The translations under genes and the position numbers were made by a program. Below, one piece after another: positions 40,528 through 49,458 of a DNA stretch of 64,000 bases. Position 1 is the stretch's first letter; every line of letters starts with the position of its first letter. The notes below the pieces were generated by a model that was not told the DNA's origin, made no database searches, and saw only the letters and a program-made list of their open reading frames with translations. Source of the stretch: a virus; IMG/VR virus record IMGVR_UViG_3300034061_000981, positions 32,001-96,000 of that record. One strand, 5' to 3'.

Positions 40528-40630
40528 ATAGTATACTTTGCTACATGAACTATTTTATTGGGTTGATGTTAGCTCAATAAATATTAGTCTAACTTGTTGA
40601 GAGACAGGTTTATTTTTAAAGGAAAATCTT

Positions 40631-41512
40631 ATGAAAAAAATCGCATTAGCGACATTATTGGCCGCAACTACAATGGTTGCAACAGCACAAGTATCAATCT
40701 CTGGTAAAGTTGCTCAATTTGCAGACAGCACTAAAACTGGTGTAGTTCGCAATACTGGTATCGTAGGTGAGCCTACAAACAACATCACTATTTCTGCTAC
40801 AGAAAATTTAGGTGGTGGTTTAAGAGCACGTGTTGTATTAGATACAAGCCTTGGTCCAAACACTATCAACGGCGGTGGCACACAATTGGGTGATCGTCAA
40901 GGTACAGTTGGTCTAGCCGCCAAAGTTGGATCAATTGATATTGGTCGTAACGTTCACAGTCAGTTTTTGTCAATCACTAACAACGATGTATTCGGAACTA
41001 TGTATGGTTCAGTTGCCGGTGATGTACATAACTTACGTGGTCTACGTGTAAGCAATGGTGTATTCGCTACAGTTAACCCAATGAAAGGTGTAACAGTTTC
41101 TTATGACCGTACACAGGGTGCAACTGGTCAAGATGCAACTAGTTATGGTGCAGTTGGTTCATTTGCTGGTTTTACAGCAACAGCCGCACGTTTTGAACAA
41201 GGCGCTGAAGTTAGCACAGTAGTTGGTTTGAATACTAAAATTGCTGGCACACGATTGACATACACTCATAGTGATAACACAGGTGCTGTAAACAGCAAAG
41301 GTGATTTAATTGGTGCAAGTCAATCAATTGGTGCATATACTGCTAAGGCAAGTTTTGGTCGTACAAACAAAGATGTTAGAGCCTATTCTGTAGGTGTTGA
41401 CTATGCTTTTAGTAAGAGAACAGACGCGGGTATTGCATACCGTAGCGTTAATAAAGTTGGTGCATCACATGATGTAGCACAAGTTGGAGTTGGTTTAACA
41501 CACCGCTTCTAA
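40631..41512 (+). CDS. Gram-negative outer membrane porin (betaproteobacterial type)
   Basis: Signal peptide MKKIALATLLAA..ATAQ; ENLGGGLRA; VGVDYAFSKRT; C-terminal VGLTHRF; preceded by TAAATA at 40578. Confidence 0.88.
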   Translation: MKKIALATLLAATTMVATAQVSISGKVAQFADSTKTGVVRNTGIVGEPTNNITISATENLGGGLRARVVLDTSLGPNTINGGGTQLGDRQGTVGLAAKVGSIDIGRNVHSQFLSITNNDVFGTMYGSVAGDVHNLRGLRVSNGVFATVNPMKGVTVSYDRTQGATGQDATSYGAVGSFAGFTATAARFEQGAEVSTVVGLNTKIAGTRLTYTHSDNTGAVNSKGDLIGASQSIGAYTAKASFGRTNKDVRAYSVGVDYAFSKRTDAGIAYRSVNKVGASHDVAQVGVGLTHRF

Positions 41513-41528
41513 TTATTAATTAGATAAC

Positions 41529-41553
41529 AAAAGGGGCTTTAAGCCCCTTTTTT
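41529..41553 (+). terminator. Intrinsic terminator after porin
   Basis: AAGGGGC-TTTAA-GCCCCTT plus T tract. Confidence 0.85.
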
Positions 41554-41585
41554 ATTTTCTGTAAAATTAGTTACCCTTTTAGTTA

Positions 41586-41593
41586 TATAAATA
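41586..41593 (+). promoter_or_regulatory. T4-type late promoter TATAAATA upstream of ahpC
   Basis: Exact match in intergenic DNA. Confidence 0.5.
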
Positions 41594-41642
41594 TGTATGA
41601 GTATGTTATACTTACACAGACTATTACACATAAGGAGATAAT

Positions 41643-42182
41643 ATGAAAACAGTTGGTGATAAATTAGAAGCATTTGTAGTAACAGGTGTTAAGCCAGGAC
41701 AACCGGAAGATGCATTCTTCCCAATTACAGAAGAAAGTTTTGCAGGTAAATGGAAAGTTATCGTTTACTATCCAAAAGACTTCACATTCGTTTGCCCTAC
41801 AGAAATCGTAGCGTATGATAAATTACGTAGTGATTTTGAAGACCGTGATGCAGTATTGTTGACAGGTTCTACCGATAACGAATTCTGTAAACTAGCATGG
41901 CAAAAAGCACATCCAGACTTAGCAAAGATTAGTCATAATCAATTTGCTGACACAGCCCGTGATGAGCGTAGTTTGATTAATCAACTAGGAGTGTTCTATG
42001 CTCCGGCAGGTGCGGCACTACGTGCAACATTTATTGTTGATCCACAGAACGTTATTCAACACATTACAGTTAATAACTTAGATGTTGGTCGTAGCCCAGA
42101 AGAAACATTGCGTGTATTAGACGCATTGCAAACTGGTGAACTATGCCCATGTTCACGTCCAATCGGCGGAGCAACATTATAA
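41643..42182 (+). CDS. ahpC: Peroxiredoxin (alkyl hydroperoxide reductase C)
   Basis: YPKDFTFVCPTE, GRSPEE.LRVLDALQ, ELCPC. Confidence 0.95.
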   Translation: MKTVGDKLEAFVVTGVKPGQPEDAFFPITEESFAGKWKVIVYYPKDFTFVCPTEIVAYDKLRSDFEDRDAVLLTGSTDNEFCKLAWQKAHPDLAKISHNQFADTARDERSLINQLGVFYAPAGAALRATFIVDPQNVIQHITVNNLDVGRSPEETLRVLDALQTGELCPCSRPIGGATL

Positions 42183-42721
42183 TGCAACCAATTACAATTA
42201 ACGGAGATTGGGTACAGTCCGTAAAAGACAGCATCCCGGACCACTCAAAAGATATCAGATTAAACATTGACGCTGTTATCAATCGTTCAGGTCTAGATCC
42301 AGTTGATACACATGCTATTGCCTATGTATCAGCACTTGCCGCCGGCAATGGTGGATTAGCATTTGAGATTGAACACAATGGTCCTTTGTTTATGGCAGAA
42401 GCTGAACGTGAAGCCGCAAAGACTGCCGCAAGTTTGATGGGTCAAAACAACATTTGGTATCCATTTGTTGAAATGACAGGTGACGAATCAATGAAGGGTT
42501 TACCTGCAGGATTGCGTATGAATGCTTATGCTACTCACGGTGGTGTATCTAAGAAGAAATTTGAAATGTATTCATTAGCCGCAAGTATTATTGGCAAATG
42601 TCATTTCTGTGTAAAAGCACATTATGATACATTAAAGAAAGAAGGAATGTCCACACAAGAGTTAATGGCAATTGGTCGCATCGCGGCTGTTGTTAACTCT
42701 ATTGGTAAGATTGCTATTTGA
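42182..42721 (+). CDS. ahpD: Alkyl hydroperoxide reductase D
   Basis: KDIRLN, AASLMGQNNIWY, FEMYSLAAS.IGKCHFCVKAH; ATG overlaps ahpC stop. Confidence 0.92.
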   Translation: MQPITINGDWVQSVKDSIPDHSKDIRLNIDAVINRSGLDPVDTHAIAYVSALAAGNGGLAFEIEHNGPLFMAEAEREAAKTAASLMGQNNIWYPFVEMTGDESMKGLPAGLRMNAYATHGGVSKKKFEMYSLAASIIGKCHFCVKAHYDTLKKEGMSTQELMAIGRIAAVVNSIGKIAI

Positions 42722-42750
42722 TTGACATAAATGCCTAACTATGTTATACT
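42722..42750 (+). promoter_or_regulatory. Early sigma70 promoter
   Basis: TTGACA-17-TATACT. Confidence 0.8.
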
Positions 42751-42756
42751 GTAAGT

Positions 42757-43011
42757 ATGAAAATAGAACGTGCAATCGATTGGGATCAAGTTAGTATTGA
42801 ATTGTCAAAACAAATGGTCGGGATTGGATACAATCCCGACCTAGTTCGTATGCATTTAAACATTGGTAAAATGGTTACTGAATTAAGCAAACTTGAAGTT
42901 AATTTGCGTAGAACGGGCAAATACAATATGCTTGATGATAGAGTAGCCGAAATAAACAATGCAATCAATCACTTAGAGAAGCTAGTATTAATGGCTAATC
43001 TGATGAAGTGA
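42757..43011 (+). CDS. Hypothetical early protein
   Basis: 84 aa ORF right after promoter, possibly leaderless. Confidence 0.7.
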   Translation: MKIERAIDWDQVSIELSKQMVGIGYNPDLVRMHLNIGKMVTELSKLEVNLRRTGKYNMLDDRVAEINNAINHLEKLVLMANLMK

Positions 43012-43014
43012 AAT

Positions 43015-43043
43015 TTGACAATAAATCAATTTGGTACTATAAT
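43015..43043 (+). promoter_or_regulatory. Early sigma70 promoter
   Basis: TTGACA-17-TATAAT. Confidence 0.85.
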
Positions 43044-43071
43044 AGTCTCTCACTTTACTAAAGGACCTATT

Positions 43072-43368
43072 ATGAAGATAGCAAATTATGTATTGAAGTA
43101 TACAAAATCAGTCGATGGACCACTAATGATCCCTAAGAAAAAGATTGATAGCACAATGAAATGGGTAGAGTACAGTTTAGACATTGTAGATATGCAGAAA
43201 ATGCTTATGGGTACACGTGATCTAAAAGACAAGTATCAATTAATGGACCTACTAGAAATTGCAGAGCGTAAGAAAAAATGGCACTATCGTCAAGAAAACT
43301 TTGATGTGAGTCGGGCCAGTACTCTCTTGCAAGCTATGCTCAGTCGAGCTTACAAGAGTATTGCTTAA
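43072..43368 (+). CDS. Hypothetical early protein
   Basis: ATG at 43072 after SD AAGGA; the TTG start in the ORF track is the -35 box. Confidence 0.7.
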   Translation: MKIANYVLKYTKSVDGPLMIPKKKIDSTMKWVEYSLDIVDMQKMLMGTRDLKDKYQLMDLLEIAERKKKWHYRQENFDVSRASTLLQAMLSRAYKSIA

Positions 43369-43370
43369 AT

Positions 43371-43399
43371 TTGACAATAAATGGACCCTGTGCTATAAT
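43371..43399 (+). promoter_or_regulatory. Early sigma70 promoter
   Basis: TTGACA-17-TATAAT. Confidence 0.85.
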
Positions 43400-43425
43400 A
43401 CTTGTATTGAATTAATTAAAGGTTA

Positions 43426-43839
43426 ATGATGGAATACAAAGTTGAGGGCAGTCGCCGCAACAAAAAATTCGTTGAAGCAATATTGCCCTCAATGATATCT
43501 CAATTAAAACTTGAAAACTGCACAAAGGCAGTTGTAATTCGTATTGCCGATGAGTGTGAAGGCAATCAAGGTATTACTGTAGATTTATCTGAACTTACAG
43601 GATGCTATATGGTTGTCATCAAACCAACTCGCAAACTCAAAGATATTGGATTGACACTTGCCCACGAAATGGTCCACGTCAAACAATTAGCAAAGGGTAT
43701 TCTTAAAAATAAACGAAACGGAGTGAACATTTGGGCAGGTAAAGCATACAGTAAAAAGACCGCATACTTAGACATGCCTTGGGAGATTGAAGCATTCTCA
43801 AAACAAGAATTAATTCTACGCCGGGCATTTGAAGAATAA
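43426..43839 (+). CDS. Putative zincin metallopeptidase
   Basis: TLAHEMVHVKQ (HEXXH), PWEIEA. Confidence 0.7.
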   Translation: MMEYKVEGSRRNKKFVEAILPSMISQLKLENCTKAVVIRIADECEGNQGITVDLSELTGCYMVVIKPTRKLKDIGLTLAHEMVHVKQLAKGILKNKRNGVNIWAGKAYSKKTAYLDMPWEIEAFSKQELILRRAFEE

Positions 43840-43847
43840 CATAGCAC

Positions 43848-43876
43848 TTGACAATAAATCAAGTTTCATATATACT
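43848..43876 (+). promoter_or_regulatory. Early sigma70 promoter
   Basis: TTGACA-17-TATACT. Confidence 0.8.
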
Positions 43877-43915
43877 AACATCTGTTTCTAAACAAGCCAT
43901 TTCAAAGGAGATATT

Positions 43916-45019
43916 ATGGCATCGCAAATTTCTGACAATCTGACAATCACTAGCGTACAAACTCGCAAAGCATTGTTGACAGCTTTTAAAGTAAAACGTC
44001 CCGTATTCTTGTGGGGACCTCCCGGTATCGGCAAAAGTGAAGTTGTTGCCGAAGTTACTGAAGAACTCGGTGGCCATATGATTGACTTGCGTATGGCACA
44101 AATGGAACCTACAGATATTCGTGGTATCCCATACTTCAATAAAGATATTGCTAAGATGGATTGGGCGGCACCTGTTGACTTGCCCGATGAAGAACTTGCA
44201 AGCAAGTACCCAATTGTTGTTCTATTCTTAGATGAGATGAACAGTGCATCACCTGCAGTACAGGCAGCTGGCTATCAGTTGATTTTGAATCGCCGTGTAG
44301 GTAAATATGTATTGCCCGATAATGTTGTTATCGTTGCGGCAGGTAATCGTGATAGTGACAAAGGTGTTACATATCGTATGCCGATGCCCCTCGCTAATCG
44401 TTTCTTGCACTTAGAAATGCGAGCCGACTTTACGTCATGGCAGAACTGGGCTGTTGACAAAGGTATTCACAAAGACGTTGTGGGTTACTTGTCATTCGCT
44501 AAACAAGATTTGTACGAATTTGATAGCAAATCTAGTTCACGTGCGTTTGCTACTCCTCGTAGCTGGTGCTTTGTGTCTGACTTGTTGAATGATGAAGATA
44601 ACATTGATACTGATACAATGTTCAACTTGGTGTCAGGTGCAGTTGGTGAAGGTCTTGCTGTTAAGTTTATGGCACATCGTAAGATTGCAGGTAAGATGCC
44701 CGCACCAAGCGAAATTCTTTCAGGTAAAGTGAAAGACTTGTCTGTGAAAGAAATTTCGGCAATGTACTCATTGACAATTTCTATGTGCTATGAATTGCGT
44801 GATGCACTTGAAGCTAAGAAAGTTGATAGCAAGAAGTTCCACGAAATGGCTGACAATTTCTTTAGCTACATTATGACTAACTTTGAGACTGAATTGGTTG
44901 TGATGGGTGCTAAGATTGCACTTAAGACATACAAGTTGCCGATCGAGCCGAGTCAGTTGAAGCACTTTGATGACTTCCACAAGAAATACGGCAAGTACAT
45001 TGTTGAAGCAGGTAACTAA
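43916..45019 (+). CDS. MoxR-like AAA+ ATPase
   Basis: GPPGIGKS, LFLDEMN, AAGNR, LANRF, TPRSW. Confidence 0.9.
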   Translation: MASQISDNLTITSVQTRKALLTAFKVKRPVFLWGPPGIGKSEVVAEVTEELGGHMIDLRMAQMEPTDIRGIPYFNKDIAKMDWAAPVDLPDEELASKYPIVVLFLDEMNSASPAVQAAGYQLILNRRVGKYVLPDNVVIVAAGNRDSDKGVTYRMPMPLANRFLHLEMRADFTSWQNWAVDKGIHKDVVGYLSFAKQDLYEFDSKSSSRAFATPRSWCFVSDLLNDEDNIDTDTMFNLVSGAVGEGLAVKFMAHRKIAGKMPAPSEILSGKVKDLSVKEISAMYSLTISMCYELRDALEAKKVDSKKFHEMADNFFSYIMTNFETELVVMGAKIALKTYKLPIEPSQLKHFDDFHKKYGKYIVEAGN

Positions 45020-45022
45020 ACA

Positions 45023-45047
45023 GAGGGGTGCTAGTCACCCTTCTTTT
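45023..45047 (+). terminator. Intrinsic terminator
   Basis: GAGGGGTG-CTAGT-CACCCTTC-TTTT. Confidence 0.7.
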
Positions 45048-45061
45048 AACTAAGGATTATT

Positions 45062-45214
45062 ATGACAGGTAAGAAATATTTTTACGCATTGGGTCAACGT
45101 GCTAGAGCAAAAGGAATGACCAAGGACCAAGGTATGGCCTTCTATTCTATTGAATCGGCACACGATTATGCCCGAATTGCGTTTGACGCAGGATATCGTG
45201 GATTGTCACATTGA
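45062..45214 (+). CDS. 50-aa hypothetical protein (not in ORF track)
   Basis: SD TAAGGA; MTGKKYFYALGQRARAKG..FDAGYRGLSH. Confidence 0.65.
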   Translation: MTGKKYFYALGQRARAKGMTKDQGMAFYSIESAHDYARIAFDAGYRGLSH

Positions 45215-45239
45215 CAATAAATATAAGGTCTGCTATAAT
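45211..45239 (+). promoter_or_regulatory. Early sigma70 promoter
   Basis: TTGACA-17-TATAAT. Confidence 0.85.
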
Positions 45240-45269
45240 ACATTTTTTACATTTACAAAGGGACATATA

Positions 45270-45623
45270 ATGCAATTGACTTTTAGAGCATATCGTGGTA
45301 AAACAATTCTCAAAATGATTGAAAATCTTCTCAAAGAAGGTAATGTTATTCGTGCTCCCGAATATGGTAATGTAGTAGATGGAATTCACGGCGGTTCACC
45401 TGAAGGTATTAAGATTGACCCTCCTGCTAATATTCGTGGTATTGGTATGGATAGACTAGCAGGTTCTTGTGGCTATAAAACTTCTTTTACTAAGAAGCAA
45501 CAAGAAAAAATTGTATTGATTCATTTAGGTACAAAATACTTTGAATTGTATAGTGATGAAAAAGAACTCAATAAAGCATCATTCCCTAGTGAGGCTTGTG
45601 AATTTATTGCAGTTGACAATTAA
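45270..45623 (+). CDS. Hypothetical early protein
   Basis: ATG at 45270 after AAGGGA, downstream of the promoter. Confidence 0.65.
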   Translation: MQLTFRAYRGKTILKMIENLLKEGNVIRAPEYGNVVDGIHGGSPEGIKIDPPANIRGIGMDRLAGSCGYKTSFTKKQQEKIVLIHLGTKYFELYSDEKELNKASFPSEACEFIAVDN

Positions 45624-45641
45624 TACAATCTCTGTTACAAT
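45613..45641 (+). promoter_or_regulatory. Early sigma70 promoter
   Basis: TTGACA-17-TACAAT. Confidence 0.8.
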
Positions 45642-45667
45642 AGACGCATAAACAATAAAGGACTATT

Positions 45668-46948
45668 ATGAGTGAAGTACTAAATCCCACTAAGCGAACA
45701 CGTAGTAAGAAGTATGAGAATCTTATCGGACCTACTGATAAGAAAGTTGACTTTGACGCACGTGAACGTTTGGTAACAGCACGTATTGGTTTGCTACTAC
45801 GTCATTCATTCTTTGGTAATCTTGCTACACGTTTGCAGTTGATTAATGCTGATGAATGGTGTGGCACAGCGGCAACTGATGGTCAGAAGTTTTATTACAA
45901 TAGCCGCTTCATTATGATGTTGAAGCCCAAAGAAGTTGAATTTTTAGTAGCACATGAAGTGTTACACGTTGTATACGATCATATGGGTCGTAGAGATCAC
46001 CGTGACCCGCAAATCTGGAATATTGCTGATGACTATGCAGTTAACGCAGACTTGAAACGTCACAAAGTTGGTCAATTTATTACATCAGTACCTTGCTTGT
46101 ATGAGCAAAAGTATGATGGCAAAGCCGCTGAAGTTATCTATGATGACTTGATGAAGAACGTACAAAAGATTGATATCAATGACCTTATTGATCAATTGCT
46201 TGACGATCACATGGATGGTGATGGTGAAGATGGTGAGAGTGATAGTGATGGTAACAAGCAAGGTAAAGGTAAAGGTCGCCCTAAATTGTCTGATGAAGAA
46301 AAAGAACGTATTCGTCAGGAAGTTAAGCAAGCAATTATCAATGCCGCACAAAGTGCAGAAGCAGGTCAATTGCCACTTGGTGTTGAACGATTGATTAAGC
46401 AAGCAACTAACCCAGTCATGCCCTGGCGTGAACTGATTCAAACTAACTTGACTAGTGCTATTCGTACAGATTATAGTTGGATGCGCCCTTCTCGTAGAGG
46501 CTGGCACATGGATGCAATCATGCCCGGCATGACACCGGGAGAAGAGATTGATGTTGTTGTTTCTATTGATATGAGTGGTTCTATCAGCAACAAACAAGCA
46601 CAACAATTCTTAGGTGAGATTGGTGGCATGATGGATTCGTTCGATGGCTACAAGGTCCATGTATTCTGTTTTGATACTGACACATATAACCCACAAGACT
46701 TTTCTAGTGAGAATATGGAATCTATTGAAGAATATCAGCCAATGGGCGGTGGTGGTACTGACTTTGATTGTATCTTTACATACTTGAAAGAGAACGCTAT
46801 CGATCCGAAACGATTGATTGTATTCACTGATGGATATCCCTGTGGTTCATGGGGTGACCCTGACTATTGTGATACTACTTGGATCATTCATGGTGACCCT
46901 AATCCGAATCCCCCATTCGGTACATATGCGATATATGATGAGAAATGA
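45668..46948 (+). CDS. Metallopeptidase plus VWA domain protein (DUF2201-like), probable partner of the MoxR ATPase
   Basis: TAATDG, AHEVLH, WNIA.D; MIDAS DMSGS..GGGGTDF..FTDG. Confidence 0.88.
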   Translation: MSEVLNPTKRTRSKKYENLIGPTDKKVDFDARERLVTARIGLLLRHSFFGNLATRLQLINADEWCGTAATDGQKFYYNSRFIMMLKPKEVEFLVAHEVLHVVYDHMGRRDHRDPQIWNIADDYAVNADLKRHKVGQFITSVPCLYEQKYDGKAAEVIYDDLMKNVQKIDINDLIDQLLDDHMDGDGEDGESDSDGNKQGKGKGRPKLSDEEKERIRQEVKQAIINAAQSAEAGQLPLGVERLIKQATNPVMPWRELIQTNLTSAIRTDYSWMRPSRRGWHMDAIMPGMTPGEEIDVVVSIDMSGSISNKQAQQFLGEIGGMMDSFDGYKVHVFCFDTDTYNPQDFSSENMESIEEYQPMGGGGTDFDCIFTYLKENAIDPKRLIVFTDGYPCGSWGDPDYCDTTWIIHGDPNPNPPFGTYAIYDEK

Positions 46949-47073
46949 TTATGGAAATCTTACTTGATATTTTAGGATATGGTTTTATTGCTGTAGTTAT
47001 CATTGGTGCATTATATATCTTTGTCAGATTATTGACAACAAGCCTTGATACATTAACCAAAAATGATGATTAA
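46945..47073 (+). CDS. 42-aa single-pass membrane protein (not in ORF track)
   Basis: MIMEILLDILGYGFIAVVIIGALYIFVRLL..; ATGA overlap, fills the gap. Confidence 0.6.
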   Translation: MIMEILLDILGYGFIAVVIIGALYIFVRLLTTSLDTLTKNDD

Positions 47074-47323
47074 GTCTAGTGAGGAAATAATCATTTATGA
47101 ATCACCGGATGGTGGCAAAACAGTCTACTCCCGCAAGATGGGAGAGCCTCATAACTCTCGCACACTACATAGTGTAGACCCTGCTTGGCAAAAAGAACAA
47201 GAAATAAAGTTACGATGGGCTAATCTTAAAGAAGCCGTATATATGGCTGACAGTAACCCAACACTTAATGATGCAATAAGTAAAGTAGAAACATTATATG
47301 TCCTCCTCAAGAAAGAAAACTAA
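47063..47323 (+). CDS. Hypothetical protein
   Basis: 86 aa, IYESPDGGKTVYSR. Confidence 0.7.
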   Translation: MMIKSSEEIIIYESPDGGKTVYSRKMGEPHNSRTLHSVDPAWQKEQEIKLRWANLKEAVYMADSNPTLNDAISKVETLYVLLKKEN

Positions 47324-47669
47324 ACACTATCTTGCAATGTGGGATATGCAGGGCCTTGAAAGTCTACACGATGTTGACTATCATATGGATAGGTACAATG
47401 AATGGGAGAGACAACAAGTTATTGCTATTCTTAAAGAAGAACAAATCCCAGCAAGACCCACAGGTATCCCATTACAAATGTTGCTCCTTCGTGCTAAGGT
47501 AAACAGTCAACGTGCGTATGAGATTTATGAATTCAATAGTACTTTAAAGTATGACGAACTTAAGGAAGCGTTCAATGATAATCCACAACCTGTTGTTGAA
47601 TGGATTAGAGAGAATGGTAAGAAAGTCTATAGTGACTATGTTAAACAAGAAAGAAAGATGATTGTATGA
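47298..47669 (+). CDS. Hypothetical protein
   Basis: 123 aa ORF in operon. Confidence 0.7.
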   Translation: MSSSRKKTKHYLAMWDMQGLESLHDVDYHMDRYNEWERQQVIAILKEEQIPARPTGIPLQMLLLRAKVNSQRAYEIYEFNSTLKYDELKEAFNDNPQPVVEWIRENGKKVYSDYVKQERKMIV

Positions 47670-48097
47670 TGTATATTGGTACAAGCCTTGGTCGTTGTTT
47701 ACTTAGCTTGATGGCAGGTGAAGTGTCCGCAGATGAGGTTATGTTCATTGTAACTCGCACATTGTGTCCTGACTATGAATCCTTTATGCAAGTAGTAGAA
47801 CAATATCACGCAGAGGGCAATCCTCATGCTCTTAATCCTGCACAATATGGTTTAGGTGACTATGACTTTACTGAAGTAAAAAATCTAGCTACTAGATTAT
47901 ATTTCTCAGGTAGGATACATCAACCTAGAGTATTTGATTATGAAGGCAGAACATCCGGTCATTATTTCCACTATGATCATCCTGCTAAATTAGGTAATGG
48001 GTTGTGGATGCAAGTTGTCCCTACTAATGACAATAGTACGCCTGCTGTAGTAGAAGCCTACGAAAAATACAAGATGTTGGATAATTTAACCAAATGA
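47666..48097 (+). CDS. Hypothetical protein
   Basis: 143 aa, ATGA overlaps. Confidence 0.7.
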   Translation: MMYIGTSLGRCLLSLMAGEVSADEVMFIVTRTLCPDYESFMQVVEQYHAEGNPHALNPAQYGLGDYDFTEVKNLATRLYFSGRIHQPRVFDYEGRTSGHYFHYDHPAKLGNGLWMQVVPTNDNSTPAVVEAYEKYKMLDNLTK

Positions 48098-48348
48098 CAG
48101 AATATCAGATTAATCCTATTGGCTGGTTTAGCGAACGTGAATTAAAATACACACCCAAACACTTTGTTATATCTAAAACACGCTTAACTGATGAGGGTAA
48201 GATATGGATATTGAATAAACTTAAGGGAAGGTTTTCTATTACATATATAGATGATGATACAGATGACTTTCTTGTATTTTATACAATGGGAAATCCTGCA
48301 TTTGAAGATCCAAAAGAAGCAATTTTTTATGAATTGACTTGGTCTTGA
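48094..48348 (+). CDS. Hypothetical protein
   Basis: 84 aa, ATGA overlap. Confidence 0.7.
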   Translation: MTEYQINPIGWFSERELKYTPKHFVISKTRLTDEGKIWILNKLKGRFSITYIDDDTDDFLVFYTMGNPAFEDPKEAIFYELTWS

Positions 48349-48428
48349 TGCCCAAAAACATTACTACATAAAAAATAAGTGGTATAATAAAAAGATATTA
48401 AATATCTATAACACTCAAGGAGAATATT

Positions 48429-49106
48429 ATGAGTTTTTTAAAACACGTCGGTAAACATGGTGATCGCAAGGTTGCAATCATATTCCGCGAAGTTCCAGGT
48501 GAACCACACATGTGTTTAGTAACATATACTGAAACACTTAACCAACATATCCATGACCCGCTTATCAAATGTATTGAAAGTGATATCGGACAACATGCAG
48601 AATCATTATCTGATGCGCTTAATCGCACATTGGGTATGGATGGTCAACCGATATTATTCACGTTACACCGTGAAGGTTTACTAAAGAAAGTACAAACAGA
48701 GAACATCGTTGTTACCCCCAATTCAAATACTAAAATTAAATTAAATGAACTTAATAAGATTTTAACTGAAATGAAACAAGGTGAAGATGCTGTTAAGCGT
48801 ATGGCTGAATTAGATAAGAGCCGCGGCTTGCAGGATCCAGTTGATGTAGCACGTAGAGTACGTGAAAACAAAACACGTGATGCCAAAGTACCAGCAACAG
48901 TACCACTAACCGCATCTACAAATGACGCATTGGGAGACAATGTTATAGCAAATAACTTAAGACAACAGGCTCAGAAAATGGAAACAGAAGCAAAAGGCCT
49001 ACTAGCCGAATCTGCACGATTAATGTCTGAAGCGGCATCAATGGATCCAGTCAAGCCGGTTGCAAAGAAAACAACTAAGGCAAAAAAAGCAAAAGTTAGT
49101 GCATAA
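48429..49106 (+). CDS. Hypothetical protein with coiled-coil and basic tail
   Basis: SD AAGGAG; TAAATA at 48399. Confidence 0.75.
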   Translation: MSFLKHVGKHGDRKVAIIFREVPGEPHMCLVTYTETLNQHIHDPLIKCIESDIGQHAESLSDALNRTLGMDGQPILFTLHREGLLKKVQTENIVVTPNSNTKIKLNELNKILTEMKQGEDAVKRMAELDKSRGLQDPVDVARRVRENKTRDAKVPATVPLTASTNDALGDNVIANNLRQQAQKMETEAKGLLAESARLMSEAASMDPVKPVAKKTTKAKKAKVSA

Positions 49107-49402
49107 TGAGTCCAGAGTTCATTGAGAAATGGGAACATATTCTTGAGGATGTTGAGAAAAACAAAATACCAGTACAGTTTATCAAAAAACTAATTGTTAA
49201 ACTTCAAGGTAAGCGACAACAAACTATTAATATTGAAAAATTCTTACAACAAGGATTAGAACCCGATCAAATAGAAGATGCAGTAAGTAGAAAACTTAAT
49301 GAATTAGATGACCAAATTGTCAGTGTTGAGTTTATACTTAATGTGCAAAATATTGCCGACACGGTACAACCTGAAACAGATAGACTTTTAGGTAAACTTT
49401 AA
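49106..49402 (+). CDS. Hypothetical protein
   Basis: 98 aa, TAATG coupling. Confidence 0.7.
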   Translation: MSPEFIEKWEHILEDVEKNKIPVQFIKKLIVKLQGKRQQTINIEKFLQQGLEPDQIEDAVSRKLNELDDQIVSVEFILNVQNIADTVQPETDRLLGKL

Positions 49403-49407
49403 CAATC

Positions 49408-49434
49408 AAAAAGCCCTGATCATTCGGGGCTTTT
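49408..49434 (+). terminator. Intrinsic terminator (possibly bidirectional)
   Basis: AAAAAGCCCTGA-TCAT-TCGGGGCTTTT. Confidence 0.75.
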
Positions 49435-49458
49435 CTCATTACATGATATAATATAACT

